From Candidatus Aegiribacteria sp. (GTDB lineage: Bacteria; Fermentibacterota; Fermentibacteria; Fermentibacterales; JCC-6): 64,000 nt of DNA. The DNA is taken from contig WTBT01000034.1 of the NCBI GenBank assembly GCA_013138965.1, positions 31,325-95,324 of the forward strand, in the 5' to 3' direction. Under the pieces are notes generated by a model. It was not told the origin of the DNA. It searched no databases and was given only the letters and a program-made list of their open reading frames with translations. Every line of letters begins with the position of its first letter. Within the stretch, counting starts at the first letter, position 1. Position numbers and translations under genes: made by a program. Shown piece by piece: positions 1 to 8,624 of this stretch.

Positions 1-11
1 TTTTCCTGACG

Positions 12-98
12 TGGTACCGGGGACGGGACTTGAACCCGTACAGGCTATTGCCCACTAGGTCCTTAACCTAGCGTGTCTGCCAATTCCACCACCCCGGT
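12..98 (-). tRNA. tRNA-Leu, anticodon AAG
   Basis: Reverse complement ACCGGGGTGGTGGAATTGGCAGACACG-CTAGG-TTAAGGA-CCTAG...GGTTCAAGTCCCGTCCCCGGT-A-CCA. Long variable arm, A73, encoded CCA; lies downstream of secG like leuU. Confidence 0.93.
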
Positions 99-113
99 CC
101 TGATCTTAAAAAA

Positions 114-338
114 CTAAAATATCGCCAGAAGAAACGAGGTGGCCATAAACAGCACCGCGAAAACCGATGTTGCCTTTGACAGCATAGTTGCGGCACCGCG
201 GTTTCCAAATGAGGCTGTCAGAGCACCGCCGCCTCCAAAAGCGCCGGAAAGACCGTCTCCTTTGGATTTCTGCAGCAGCACAATAGCAACCAGAAGCACA
301 CAGACAATAAAATGAATAATCGTTAAAATAGCAATCAT
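114..338 (-). CDS. secG: Preprotein translocase subunit SecG
   Basis: Two TM segments with LLQKSKGDGLSGAFGGG motif; start trimmed to MIAILT. Confidence 0.93.
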   Translation of the reverse strand: MIAILTIIHFIVCVLLVAIVLLQKSKGDGLSGAFGGGGALTASFGNRGAATMLSKATSVFAVLFMATSFLLAIF

Positions 339-417
339 GTTTAGCGAATCCTTTCCAGAGTACGCAGATATACAAAACAGAAGTCGGACTGGCAAGTCCT
401 AATAAGCTGTAATAACT

Positions 418-951
418 CTATGAGAGCGCGTCAATAATCTCCTTCATGGTTAGATTGTCTCCGGGGCATTCTGTTCTGCAGCCGGGCACATCCCTGTGAA
501 GTAATATTCCGGACCTGGAGAGACATAGATCCTTCAGCAGTTTTCTGAGCAGATCCGTTAATGAGGCCATCTGTTTCGCAGTTGGCGATGTTTCACAGAA
601 ATTTCCAACAAGACAGATTCCGATGGAATCCCTGTTGTGCTCCCTGGCATGAGCTCCCACTGACCAGACGGGCCTTCCGGGTTCTATCTCCCCATCAAAA
701 GAGAGCGTGCCGTTACCTATTACGAAATGATACCCGATATCAATCCAGCCGTTAACAGCCCTGTGCAGAGCCCTGAAAACCCTTGCGCTTCCTGTTGCTG
801 TCGCTGAATGGTGAATCACCAGCGAATTTACTTTATCCAGCCGGACATACAGGTCTTCTGAAGGCTTTTCTCCAGCCGCATTCATTTTTTCATCGCTGAT
901 GTCCAGGATCTCAGGTAGATTGCTTCTGATCCATTCTGCACAGGATTGCAT
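418..951 (-). CDS. N-acetylmuramoyl-L-alanine amidase (Amidase_2/PGRP-like)
   Basis: VIHHSA, GWIDIGYHF, GAHA..N..SIGICLVGNF, HRD...TECPG motifs. Confidence 0.9.
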   Translation of the reverse strand: MQSCAEWIRSNLPEILDISDEKMNAAGEKPSEDLYVRLDKVNSLVIHHSATATGSARVFRALHRAVNGWIDIGYHFVIGNGTLSFDGEIEPGRPVWSVGAHAREHNRDSIGICLVGNFCETSPTAKQMASLTDLLRKLLKDLCLSRSGILLHRDVPGCRTECPGDNLTMKEIIDALS

Positions 952-1013
952 AACGTACCCTCTTTTGAATATAATACATATGTATCATATAAACGTATTG
1001 AAGAGGAGAAGTA

Positions 1014-1349
1014 ATGATGGGGAAAATTCTAATGTTTCTGCCAGCTGCCTTACTGCTGATATCCACAGGCTGCGATGACAGTACGTACCCGTTCGATCAG
1101 GTTACTGAAGAATTCAATTTTACATACGATCTTCCAAACGAAGGTGTAGTGAATTTAATCGTACTCAATTGCTACATGAACAACGTAAGGACTCTTCTGT
1201 CAGATACCACGCAACCCACCGGAAGTCATACTTCATCCTGGGATCTTAAGGACCTGAACGGTGCGCGTGTTCCGGACGGACTCTATTACATAAGGATCAA
1301 ACTCGATGACAATGTAATCGAGACAAAGATGTATGAGGTACACAAATGA
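1014..1349 (+). CDS. Lipoprotein consisting of a FlgD-Ig-like/sorting-domain-like module
   Basis: Lipobox-like STGC; WDLKDLNGARVPDGLYYIRI motif. Confidence 0.7.
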   Translation: MMGKILMFLPAALLLISTGCDDSTYPFDQVTEEFNFTYDLPNEGVVNLIVLNCYMNNVRTLLSDTTQPTGSHTSSWDLKDLNGARVPDGLYYIRIKLDDNVIETKMYEVHK

Positions 1350-2059
1350 CGCTGCTGATGCTACTCCTATGCACAGTCGGGCAGCCGTCTGTTGGCGGAA
1401 ACAATTCGTTTTCTCCCGGATTCCGGCTAGGTACCTGTTTCCAGGCTTCCTTTCCCTCCATGCAGGATGAGAAGGATTTCGCTGACATGAACACAGCCGC
1501 GGGACTGGATTTCGAACTTGGCAGTGTAGCCTGGGGAGGATCAATTGAGCTTCTCGCGGATGTCAGCGAAAAATTCAGGATAAGAGGAAGTGTGGGTATT
1601 TCCAGACTTCATGGAGCCTACGAGGATGAGTATGATCCCATGCAGTATATCCTTGTGGGACTTCTTACCGGTGGTCTTGGCTTCCTCCTGGGTGAAACCG
1701 AGGATGTTGTCGATCTGAACGATGAGGCCGTCACCATAGAAGTTCAAGCCTACTACGTTCTCACCAGGACACCGGCATTATCGATATCCGCCGGAGCCGG
1801 ACCGGTATATACATTTGCCAGCCGAAAGCTTGATTCTCCCAATACATCCACTTCCGGAAAAGGAAGCGGGCTGGGTTTCACAGCTTCTATCAGGCTGGAT
1901 CAGGAATCAACGGTCAGATTGGGCTGTATTCCCCTTATGTTCGGTCTTGAGGCCGGATACAAAATGAACAGCGTGAACATCAACGATGAAGAAGCGGATA
2001 ATTTCGAACTGGATTTCTCCGGCCCCTTCGCGAAGATTGGGTCCTATATCGGACTATAA
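1346..2059 (+). CDS. Putative outer-membrane beta-barrel protein
   Basis: Hydrophobic N-terminus, alternating beta-strand pattern, ends LDFSGPFAKIGSYIGL; ATGA overlap with upstream gene. Confidence 0.6.
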   Translation: MTLLMLLLCTVGQPSVGGNNSFSPGFRLGTCFQASFPSMQDEKDFADMNTAAGLDFELGSVAWGGSIELLADVSEKFRIRGSVGISRLHGAYEDEYDPMQYILVGLLTGGLGFLLGETEDVVDLNDEAVTIEVQAYYVLTRTPALSISAGAGPVYTFASRKLDSPNTSTSGKGSGLGFTASIRLDQESTVRLGCIPLMFGLEAGYKMNSVNINDEEADNFELDFSGPFAKIGSYIGL

Positions 2060-2070
2060 AATATCGGAGA

Positions 2071-2736
2071 TTATAATTTGCGGCCCGATCCTAAAAGGTT
2101 AATAATTTCCATCGGGCTGTCAACAATGTATTCAGCGCCGTGATCCAGCAGAAGAGATACGTCCCTGAATCCCCACGATACTCCCACGGCAATCATTCCG
2201 GCATTAACAGCTGTATCCATATCGACATCACTGTCACCCACCATAAGCGTATTTCCCGGTAGTGCTCCAAGTTTTTCAAGAACAGGTGTAACGGCCTCCC
2301 GGGAAGGTTTCATGGAACGACCGGGTTCGACTCCACTGATTGCAAGAAAGGGAAAATCACCAAAATACATACTGATAACTTTTTCGGCTGAATCCTGTGG
2401 TTTATTTGTCAGCACCGCAACGGGTACACACTCTGCCTTCAATCTATTCAGCAATCCATTTATCCCGGGATAGGGGTGTGTTCTGACTGAATCATGCTCA
2501 ATGTATGTCTTCCTGATCTGATCCGACAGTATCTTAACGGATTCAACTGTCGCGCTACCGAAGGGGATAAGCTTTCTAACAAGCTCTTCAACCCCCCTGC
2601 CAACGGCAGATCTGACTTCATCAATAGACCTGGTCGGCATTCCGTTTGAATAGAGGACACCGTTCACTACTTCGCAGATATCATCCAGCGTGTCAAGAAG
2701 TGTCCCATCAAGGTCAAATATTACAGCATCGCCCAT
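2071..2736 (-). CDS. HAD-family hydrolase (phosphoglycolate phosphatase-like)
   Basis: FDLDGTLLDT, TNKP, KP, VGDSDVD motifs; start trimmed to MGDAVIF. Confidence 0.9.
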   Translation of the reverse strand: MGDAVIFDLDGTLLDTLDDICEVVNGVLYSNGMPTRSIDEVRSAVGRGVEELVRKLIPFGSATVESVKILSDQIRKTYIEHDSVRTHPYPGINGLLNRLKAECVPVAVLTNKPQDSAEKVISMYFGDFPFLAISGVEPGRSMKPSREAVTPVLEKLGALPGNTLMVGDSDVDMDTAVNAGMIAVGVSWGFRDVSLLLDHGAEYIVDSPMEIINLLGSGRKL

Positions 2737-2991
2737 AAATCCTCTGCTCCAATTATCGATTTCACCGTCAGAACTGATAACGCAAAGATACATCACTCTG
2801 GCGCGGATGACGATACTGCGGTAATATTGGTCTGTGGTACAGAACAGGCGGTGATTGATGATATGGAGCTTACTTTGCAGCCTGTATTAGAGTCATCCAT
2901 AAAGAGTGGTTAACACCAGAAGCAACAGAATCGCAGACAGGAATATTTGAGTGTATAATCAGTATAGTATTCTAATATCATGGGAGTTGCA

Positions 2992-3171
2992 ATGATCGAC
3001 AAAAATGATAACTGCCCATGCACGTATCCCGGATGCCCCAGGCATGGAAACTGCAGGGAGTGTATCGCATATCACAGAAGGCTGGGAGAATTCACAGGGT
3101 GCATGTTCTCTCCCAAGGCGGAAAGAACCTGGGACAGATCCTTTGAAAAACTAGCGGAAGACAGGAAATAG
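2992..3171 (+). CDS. Small Cys/His-rich protein (DUF6485-like)
   Basis: CPCTYPGCPRHGNCRECIAYHR...GCMF; GGGAG RBS upstream. Confidence 0.75.
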   Translation: MIDKNDNCPCTYPGCPRHGNCRECIAYHRRLGEFTGCMFSPKAERTWDRSFEKLAEDRK

Positions 3172-3209
3172 GGGCCGGACCCATTCAGGGTCGGACATAA
3201 CATCGTACA

Positions 3210-3240
3210 CTTGCGCTTTGTCCAGGAATCCGGCAGCGGG
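3210..3240. repeat. 31-bp imperfect direct repeat, copy 1 (att-like; duplicate of the pfkA 3' region)
   Basis: cttgcgctttgtccaggaatccggcagcggg matches 7280-7310 at 28/31 positions. Confidence 0.8.
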
Positions 3241-3264
3241 GGATGCATAATCATTTCTTGTTTC

Positions 3265-4146
3265 TTAACTGGTTGGATTACCTATTTTCCATACTCCCTT
3301 TTCCTGAAAAGCTTCAATGGTTTGCCGTTTGGCTTTATTGATTAAATTCGAATGCGAGAGATTATTCTGCTTTGCGTATTCATTAAGAGTAATAATGTCC
3401 ATTCCATCCAGATAGGCTAATCGTTTATGATAACTGCTGGTAATTGCTTTGCCAACTATTTCTTCCATAATCGAACTACTGTTATTTCTATCATACTCTT
3501 CAAAAGCATCATAGTACAACGTACGGTCGATGAATTTAATGTTTATGGGCACATAGCCTTCTCGGATCAGTAAATAATTGTTAAGCACCCTTCCTATTCT
3601 CCCATTACCATCGACAAACGGATGGATGTGTTCAAAACTGAGATGGAAAACAGCAATTCTTCTTATAATACTCTCATTCGCTGAAGAATTGTATTTAATG
3701 AACATATCTTCAAGTTTGCCTATAATATGTTTAGGATCACAAGCGATATGATTCGCAACTCTTACCCATTCATCATTTTTCCTGAATCGACCTGCTATAT
3801 CATCGCGAATATTCGTTATCAACATTCTATGCAGAAGAAGAATCATTCCCAAGTTCAGTTCCTGCTGCTTTGCTTTTGTATCTATATATGTAACTACTCG
3901 CGCCAGGTTCTTGGCTTCGAATACTTCGCGTTCGGAGACATATCGGTCTAAATCGAGATGAAGGAGTATTTTCTCAGTTTCCTCCAAACTCAGGGTACTG
4001 TTTTCAATGGCATTTGAATTATAGACCTGTTCTGCAGCCTCTGCTTCACTGATAAGTTTAAGCAAAGAATCCTTATTGCGAGCAGATTGATAATACCGCC
4101 CTCTCAATGAATCAATCTTCTTATATACACTCATCACTTTTCCCAT
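3265..4146 (-). CDS. Fic-domain protein (class II-like) with C-terminal HTH-like tail
   Basis: HPFVDGNGRIGR Fic motif; SNAIEN inhibitory-helix motif; AT-rich. Confidence 0.92.
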   Translation of the reverse strand: MGKVMSVYKKIDSLRGRYYQSARNKDSLLKLISEAEAAEQVYNSNAIENSTLSLEETEKILLHLDLDRYVSEREVFEAKNLARVVTYIDTKAKQQELNLGMILLLHRMLITNIRDDIAGRFRKNDEWVRVANHIACDPKHIIGKLEDMFIKYNSSANESIIRRIAVFHLSFEHIHPFVDGNGRIGRVLNNYLLIREGYVPINIKFIDRTLYYDAFEEYDRNNSSSIMEEIVGKAITSSYHKRLAYLDGMDIITLNEYAKQNNLSHSNLINKAKRQTIEAFQEKGVWKIGNPTS

Positions 4147-4549
4147 AGCTTGAATTTAACACATCTTCACGCTTTTGGCAACAATACAGATAACTGTAGC
4201 GGGGATATGATGTATTTTCACTCTTTTCCAATCTATTTCAGCATAATACACCGTTGAACCAAGCGATGCGACGCAGCGCTATACTAGATTCCATGGCAGG
4301 ATGATGTGCCTGAGATAGAGGTTGGATGAGAATTCACAGATCCGGCTTCACGGGGGATGTACATCCTGATACCAAACTCCAGTACACATCTGCCTGCGAC
4401 GATGTTTGACTGCGGATGTTTCGGGCAGTATGGTTAGTTTCAGGTAGGCATCGAAGGGCAATAGGGACGAATGGGCTGCTTCGTGAGCAGGTATAGTATT
4501 GCGGAAAATCCATTGTCCTATTGCTACTGTAAGCATAGAAAGGAAACTG

Positions 4550-6082
4550 ATGCTTATTCTAATACTGAGCTTGATTACAGGATTCCAGATGACTGATGAA
4601 ATTATCTGGGATCCAGCTGATACGGTACAATATTACCCGTCAATCCGAATTGTGGATGCCCTGCTGATGGCAAACGGAAATGTAATAACTGCTGGTTATG
4701 GAATTGTAGAAGATGGTGGAGCATACCCAAGAGATCTTGCAATTAGGATATTCGATTTCAATAGTACTACTCCTGAACCTATTTACGCTACATACTACTC
4801 TTGGTCTGGATCACAGGGAGATGAGTATTTTGATGACTCAAATGCTCTCTTCCGTGGCCCAAATGGTTGGATTGCCGGTGGATATATGCATGCTCAACTG
4901 GCACATCCTGATCCTAGACTCTATTGGGTTGAAGTAAATGATTATACAAGCAAAGTAAGAGATGATAGTTATGCAGATAGTAATTGGGAAGACTGCAGTT
5001 ATTGGGACGGAGTATATGCTTCCAATAAATCGATTTATCTATGCGGATGGGTAATCACAGATGTTATACACCCTATGATCCAGAAAGAAAATGCAGCTCC
5101 AATTATTGATACTGCTCATCAGGGCGAAAACTCCCGGATATGGGAGGACGATCTCACAGGGAATCTGATTGTTACTGGATCACATGTTATCCTCGGCGAT
5201 AGAACTCCAAGGATCTATCTATATGATTCCAATCTGAATTCCTTGGATGATGATAATATTGTGAAGTATGGAGGTTTTGGCGGTGGTCCTGCTTTCCATC
5301 AATGGAGTGACTACATAATTACTGTCAGTTCATACCTTCATACTGAATTAAAACCACAACAACCATACTTAACACTGAACTATTTCAAGTATAACAGTAC
5401 TCAGAATACTCTTACGCGTGAGCATTATGAAAACATCGATGTAAATCCTGATGAATATGAAGACTATACTCATTTCGGAGTTCAAGGTTTGTTTTTGGGC
5501 TATCAAAATACTCTACTGGTCACCCTTGAAACAGGAATAGGATACGCAATCTGCGAGTTAGAGATCAGCTCTAGTAGCTTCGAATGGGCAACAAGTGTCT
5601 CAAATTCCTTCATAGAACCCTCCAAAATCCCATATAATAGTCTATTTTGGGGCGGAGGTTGTGATTTCAAAGTAACTCAAGGCGGGGCAATTACGGGTGT
5701 TCTTGGGGCACATTTGAGTCCTGATGGAAGTCAGAGTGATGAAGATAATTTCATTTGGTTAGCTAAAATTGATGAAGTTGATGTGATTCCTTTTAGTTCT
5801 GACAACTTTCCATTAGGAGATTCGGAAATCCAGATTGTTGAGAATCCATTTACCGAGTCTGCTTGCATCCACGTAGTATGTGGTTCTTCTCTTCACTCCA
5901 CGCTTCAGGTAATCGATATCTCTGGGAGAGTAGTCTACTCTGGTGCAACCGAAAATGAATCTATACTTGTATGGAATGGCTTAAACACAAACGGATTACA
6001 GACACCTTCAGGTGTCTATTTTGCAGTAATAAGAGATATCAATGGCTCTATTATTAGCAGCGCGAAAATGATGAAGCTGTAA
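4550..6082 (+). CDS. Secreted protein with C-terminal FlgD-Ig/T9SS-like sorting domain
   Basis: Short hydrophobic leader MLILILSLITG; C-terminal NPF...IDISGRVV...WNG...SGVYF. Confidence 0.75.
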   Translation: MLILILSLITGFQMTDEIIWDPADTVQYYPSIRIVDALLMANGNVITAGYGIVEDGGAYPRDLAIRIFDFNSTTPEPIYATYYSWSGSQGDEYFDDSNALFRGPNGWIAGGYMHAQLAHPDPRLYWVEVNDYTSKVRDDSYADSNWEDCSYWDGVYASNKSIYLCGWVITDVIHPMIQKENAAPIIDTAHQGENSRIWEDDLTGNLIVTGSHVILGDRTPRIYLYDSNLNSLDDDNIVKYGGFGGGPAFHQWSDYIITVSSYLHTELKPQQPYLTLNYFKYNSTQNTLTREHYENIDVNPDEYEDYTHFGVQGLFLGYQNTLLVTLETGIGYAICELEISSSSFEWATSVSNSFIEPSKIPYNSLFWGGGCDFKVTQGGAITGVLGAHLSPDGSQSDEDNFIWLAKIDEVDVIPFSSDNFPLGDSEIQIVENPFTESACIHVVCGSSLHSTLQVIDISGRVVYSGATENESILVWNGLNTNGLQTPSGVYFAVIRDINGSIISSAKMMKL

Positions 6083-6144
6083 ATACGACTTTAAAGACCA
6101 TCTAGATTGATCTCTCTCTTTTTGATCTGAATGGAGAATGTAAT

Positions 6145-7110
6145 TTGAAAATAGCTGAGTGGGCGAGAAAAGAGTTCTTCGTCGCTATTGTTTTCTTGCT
6201 TCTTTCGGTGACCTTCGCATCTCTACTATTCAATTCTTTAGATCATCACTATACTTATTTAATCCAAGAGAGATTCAATTTAGGTGGTTTAGATAATTTC
6301 TCCGGGGCCAGGATACTATCGATCATGGCTCTGAACGCGATTGCGGTTTTCGGCTTTTCTGTCAAATTCTCTTCTCAGATTTTGGTCGTGCTAGCAACCT
6401 TCGGAGTTCTATTTGCCTTCAGGAGCTTACTAGAGTCATCCTCCGGGATCTCACGATTGAGAGCATCCCTTCTTTCACCAGCAATTCTAATCCCTATGGT
6501 ATGGAATTACATCATCCTAAGCGGTATCCTGTTTCCAGAAGATATTCCGGCTCTGCTGCTTTTCATCCTGGGACTCACTTACCTTTTCAAGCGAAAGATG
6601 TATGCATTTCATATTGTCTTCCTTCTGGCGATTGTTAACAGGGAATCATCCATCTTTCTTTTACCGGCAATGTTCTTGATCCAGGTTGGAAAGCGTGATC
6701 TGCTCAAATTGATAGTTCATGTTCTAATATTGGCGGGTATCTGGTATGGAGTGAAAATTCTACTCATGCATTTTTTCGGTGGTGGTATGGATGCGCCGCT
6801 TTATTTAAACACCTTCAGTCCGAACCTTGCTTTCTGTAAGTCTATCATCAACCTTAATCCTAAGGTTCTCCGACTTCTTATGCTGTTTGGAGGTTTGTGG
6901 ATAGTATTGCCCTTCTGTTATGGTAAAGCGCCAAACAGACTTCTCCTTCTTACACTGATGCTTCCTGTTTTCTTCGCCATAATGGTCTATGTGGGTAATC
7001 TTGATCATGAATCCAGAATCTTCACAGAAATGATCCCTGTGGTTGCTGCCCCACCGATTCTTCTATTCAATAGAAAACTGGATTCCTTTCATGCCAACAC
7101 CAGTTTTTGA
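6145..7110 (+). CDS. Polytopic membrane protein (possibly GT-C-like glycosyltransferase)
   Basis: Many TM segments, NRE motif, TTG start with GGAG RBS. Confidence 0.6.
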   Translation: MKIAEWARKEFFVAIVFLLLSVTFASLLFNSLDHHYTYLIQERFNLGGLDNFSGARILSIMALNAIAVFGFSVKFSSQILVVLATFGVLFAFRSLLESSSGISRLRASLLSPAILIPMVWNYIILSGILFPEDIPALLLFILGLTYLFKRKMYAFHIVFLLAIVNRESSIFLLPAMFLIQVGKRDLLKLIVHVLILAGIWYGVKILLMHFFGGGMDAPLYLNTFSPNLAFCKSIINLNPKVLRLLMLFGGLWIVLPFCYGKAPNRLLLLTLMLPVFFAIMVYVGNLDHESRIFTEMIPVVAAPPILLFNRKLDSFHANTSF

Positions 7111-7237
7111 TTAACGATGTTTGTCTGATGGTTTCTCGGGTGGTATAGTCAGTTTCAGGCAGGGAAATCTTAAGAAAAGTAAGTGGTTGGGTATGGATGG
7201 ATGAAAGCGAGGTGATAAAGAGAGGCCCCGGGCCCCG

Positions 7238-8200
7238 CTAAAGGCATTCCGAAAGGGTTATGAGCAGGGGATCCAGCTGCTTGTGTTTTGTCCAGGAATC
7301 CTGCAGCGGGCACCTTGTTATTTCACTGTTAATTTCCCCTACCATGCAGGGCCATGCTCCCTCAAGAAGCGCATCAACCGCTGCCCAGCCCAGCTTGGAA
7401 GCCAGGACGCGATCAGCTGTTGTCGGTGAGCCTCCCCGCTGTACGTGTCCCAGTACGGTAATCCGGCTTTTAAGGCCTGATATATCCTCGATCTTCTCGG
7501 CGATCTCAAAGGCGTTCCCCGCTTCGTCCCCCTCTGCCACAACGAGAATATTCGATGTTCTGCCCCTGCTGATCCGATCCTTTACCTTGCTGCATATTCC
7601 TTCAAGGTCAGTTACCGTTTCCGGGATGAGGACAGCTTCGGCACCTGCCCCCACACCGACTTCCAGCGCGATGAATCCTGCGGAGCGTCCCATGACCTCA
7701 ACTATGAAGAGCCTGTCGTGGGCAGCGGCGGTATCCCTCACTTTGTCTATTGCATAAAGGGCAGTATTCACCGCAGTATCGAACCCGATGGTCAGGTCGG
7801 TACCCCACAAATCGTTGTCGATGGTTGCCGGTACACCTATAACAGGTATCGCATATTCGGTTGCAAGGGCATCAGCTCCCCTGAAACTACCGTCTCCGCC
7901 TATTACTACAAGACCTTCCACTTTATGCTTTTTCAAATTAGCCGCAGCTTTGGAACGGCCTTCTTCGGTCAGAAATCTCTCGCTTCTTGCCGTATGGAGT
8001 ATAGTTCCTCCGCGCTGAATGATATTGCTGACATCTGAAGATTCAAGTTCGATGAAGTCGTTGTCTATAAGGCCTTTAAACCCTTTTCTGACGCCGAATA
8101 CGGAAAGGCCACGGTTAAGAGTTCTCCTTACCGTGGCCCTTATACAGGCGTTCATCCCAGGGGCATCGCCCCCGCTGGTCAGAACGGCTATTCTTTTCAA
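7238..8200 (-). CDS. pfkA: ATP-dependent 6-phosphofructokinase
   Basis: KRIAVLTSGGDAPGMNA, GGDGS, TIDND, MGR, LGHVQRGG; probable TTG start at 8200. Confidence 0.96.
   Translation of the reverse strand: MKRIAVLTSGGDAPGMNACIRATVRRTLNRGLSVFGVRKGFKGLIDNDFIELESSDVSNIIQRGGTILHTARSERFLTEEGRSKAAANLKKHKVEGLVVIGGDGSFRGADALATEYAIPVIGVPATIDNDLWGTDLTIGFDTAVNTALYAIDKVRDTAAAHDRLFIVEVMGRSAGFIALEVGVGAGAEAVLIPETVTDLEGICSKVKDRISRGRTSNILVVAEGDEAGNAFEIAEKIEDISGLKSRITVLGHVQRGGSPTTADRVLASKLGWAAVDALLEGAWPCMVGEINSEITRCPLQDSWTKHKQLDPLLITLSECL
7280..7310. repeat. 31-bp imperfect direct repeat, copy 2 (inside the pfkA 3' end)
   Basis: cttgtgttttgtccaggaatcctgcagcggg. Confidence 0.8.
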
Positions 8201-8216
8201 GCTTTCGCCGCAAACG

Positions 8217-8600
8217 CTACTTGCTGTCTGAAGAGAATGCAACGGGCGAATCAATCAGCTCAAGAATGCATGCTTCAGCAGCATCGCCCTTTCTGGGGCC
8301 AAGCTTGAGAATACGTGTGTATCCGCCATCACGGTCCGCATACCGGGGTCCCAGCTCATTGAAGACCTTCTGAACCACTTTGCTTCCGTAAACGTACCTA
8401 GCTACTTGCCTTCTCGCATGAAGCGAGTCTTTTCTGCCCTTTGTTATTATCTTCTCCGCAGCACTTCGTGCGGCTTTTGCCCGTGCCAGACTGGTCGTGA
8501 TCCTCTCCTCCATTATCAGAGAGGTAACCAGGTTACGAAGCATTCTTCTTCTTGCTTCAGGTTTCCTTCCCAGCTTGGCGATTTTTTTTCTGTGACGCAT
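8217..8600 (-). CDS. rplQ: 50S ribosomal protein L17
   Basis: MRHRKK..KLGR; GGYTRILKLGPRKGDAA. Confidence 0.98.
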   Translation of the reverse strand: MRHRKKIAKLGRKPEARRRMLRNLVTSLIMEERITTSLARAKAARSAAEKIITKGRKDSLHARRQVARYVYGSKVVQKVFNELGPRYADRDGGYTRILKLGPRKGDAAEACILELIDSPVAFSSDSK

Positions 8601-8624
8601 ATCAGTTCTCCCGGCGACTTGATA

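Noticed and set aside
2865-2899. Split match (ggagcttact...agagtcatcc) to 6422-6441
   Set aside because: Two short gapped 10-mers; compatible with chance.
4238-4290. attC-like half site gcataatacaccgttgaacc upstream of the Fic gene
   Set aside because: No complementary right-hand box or pairing could be found.
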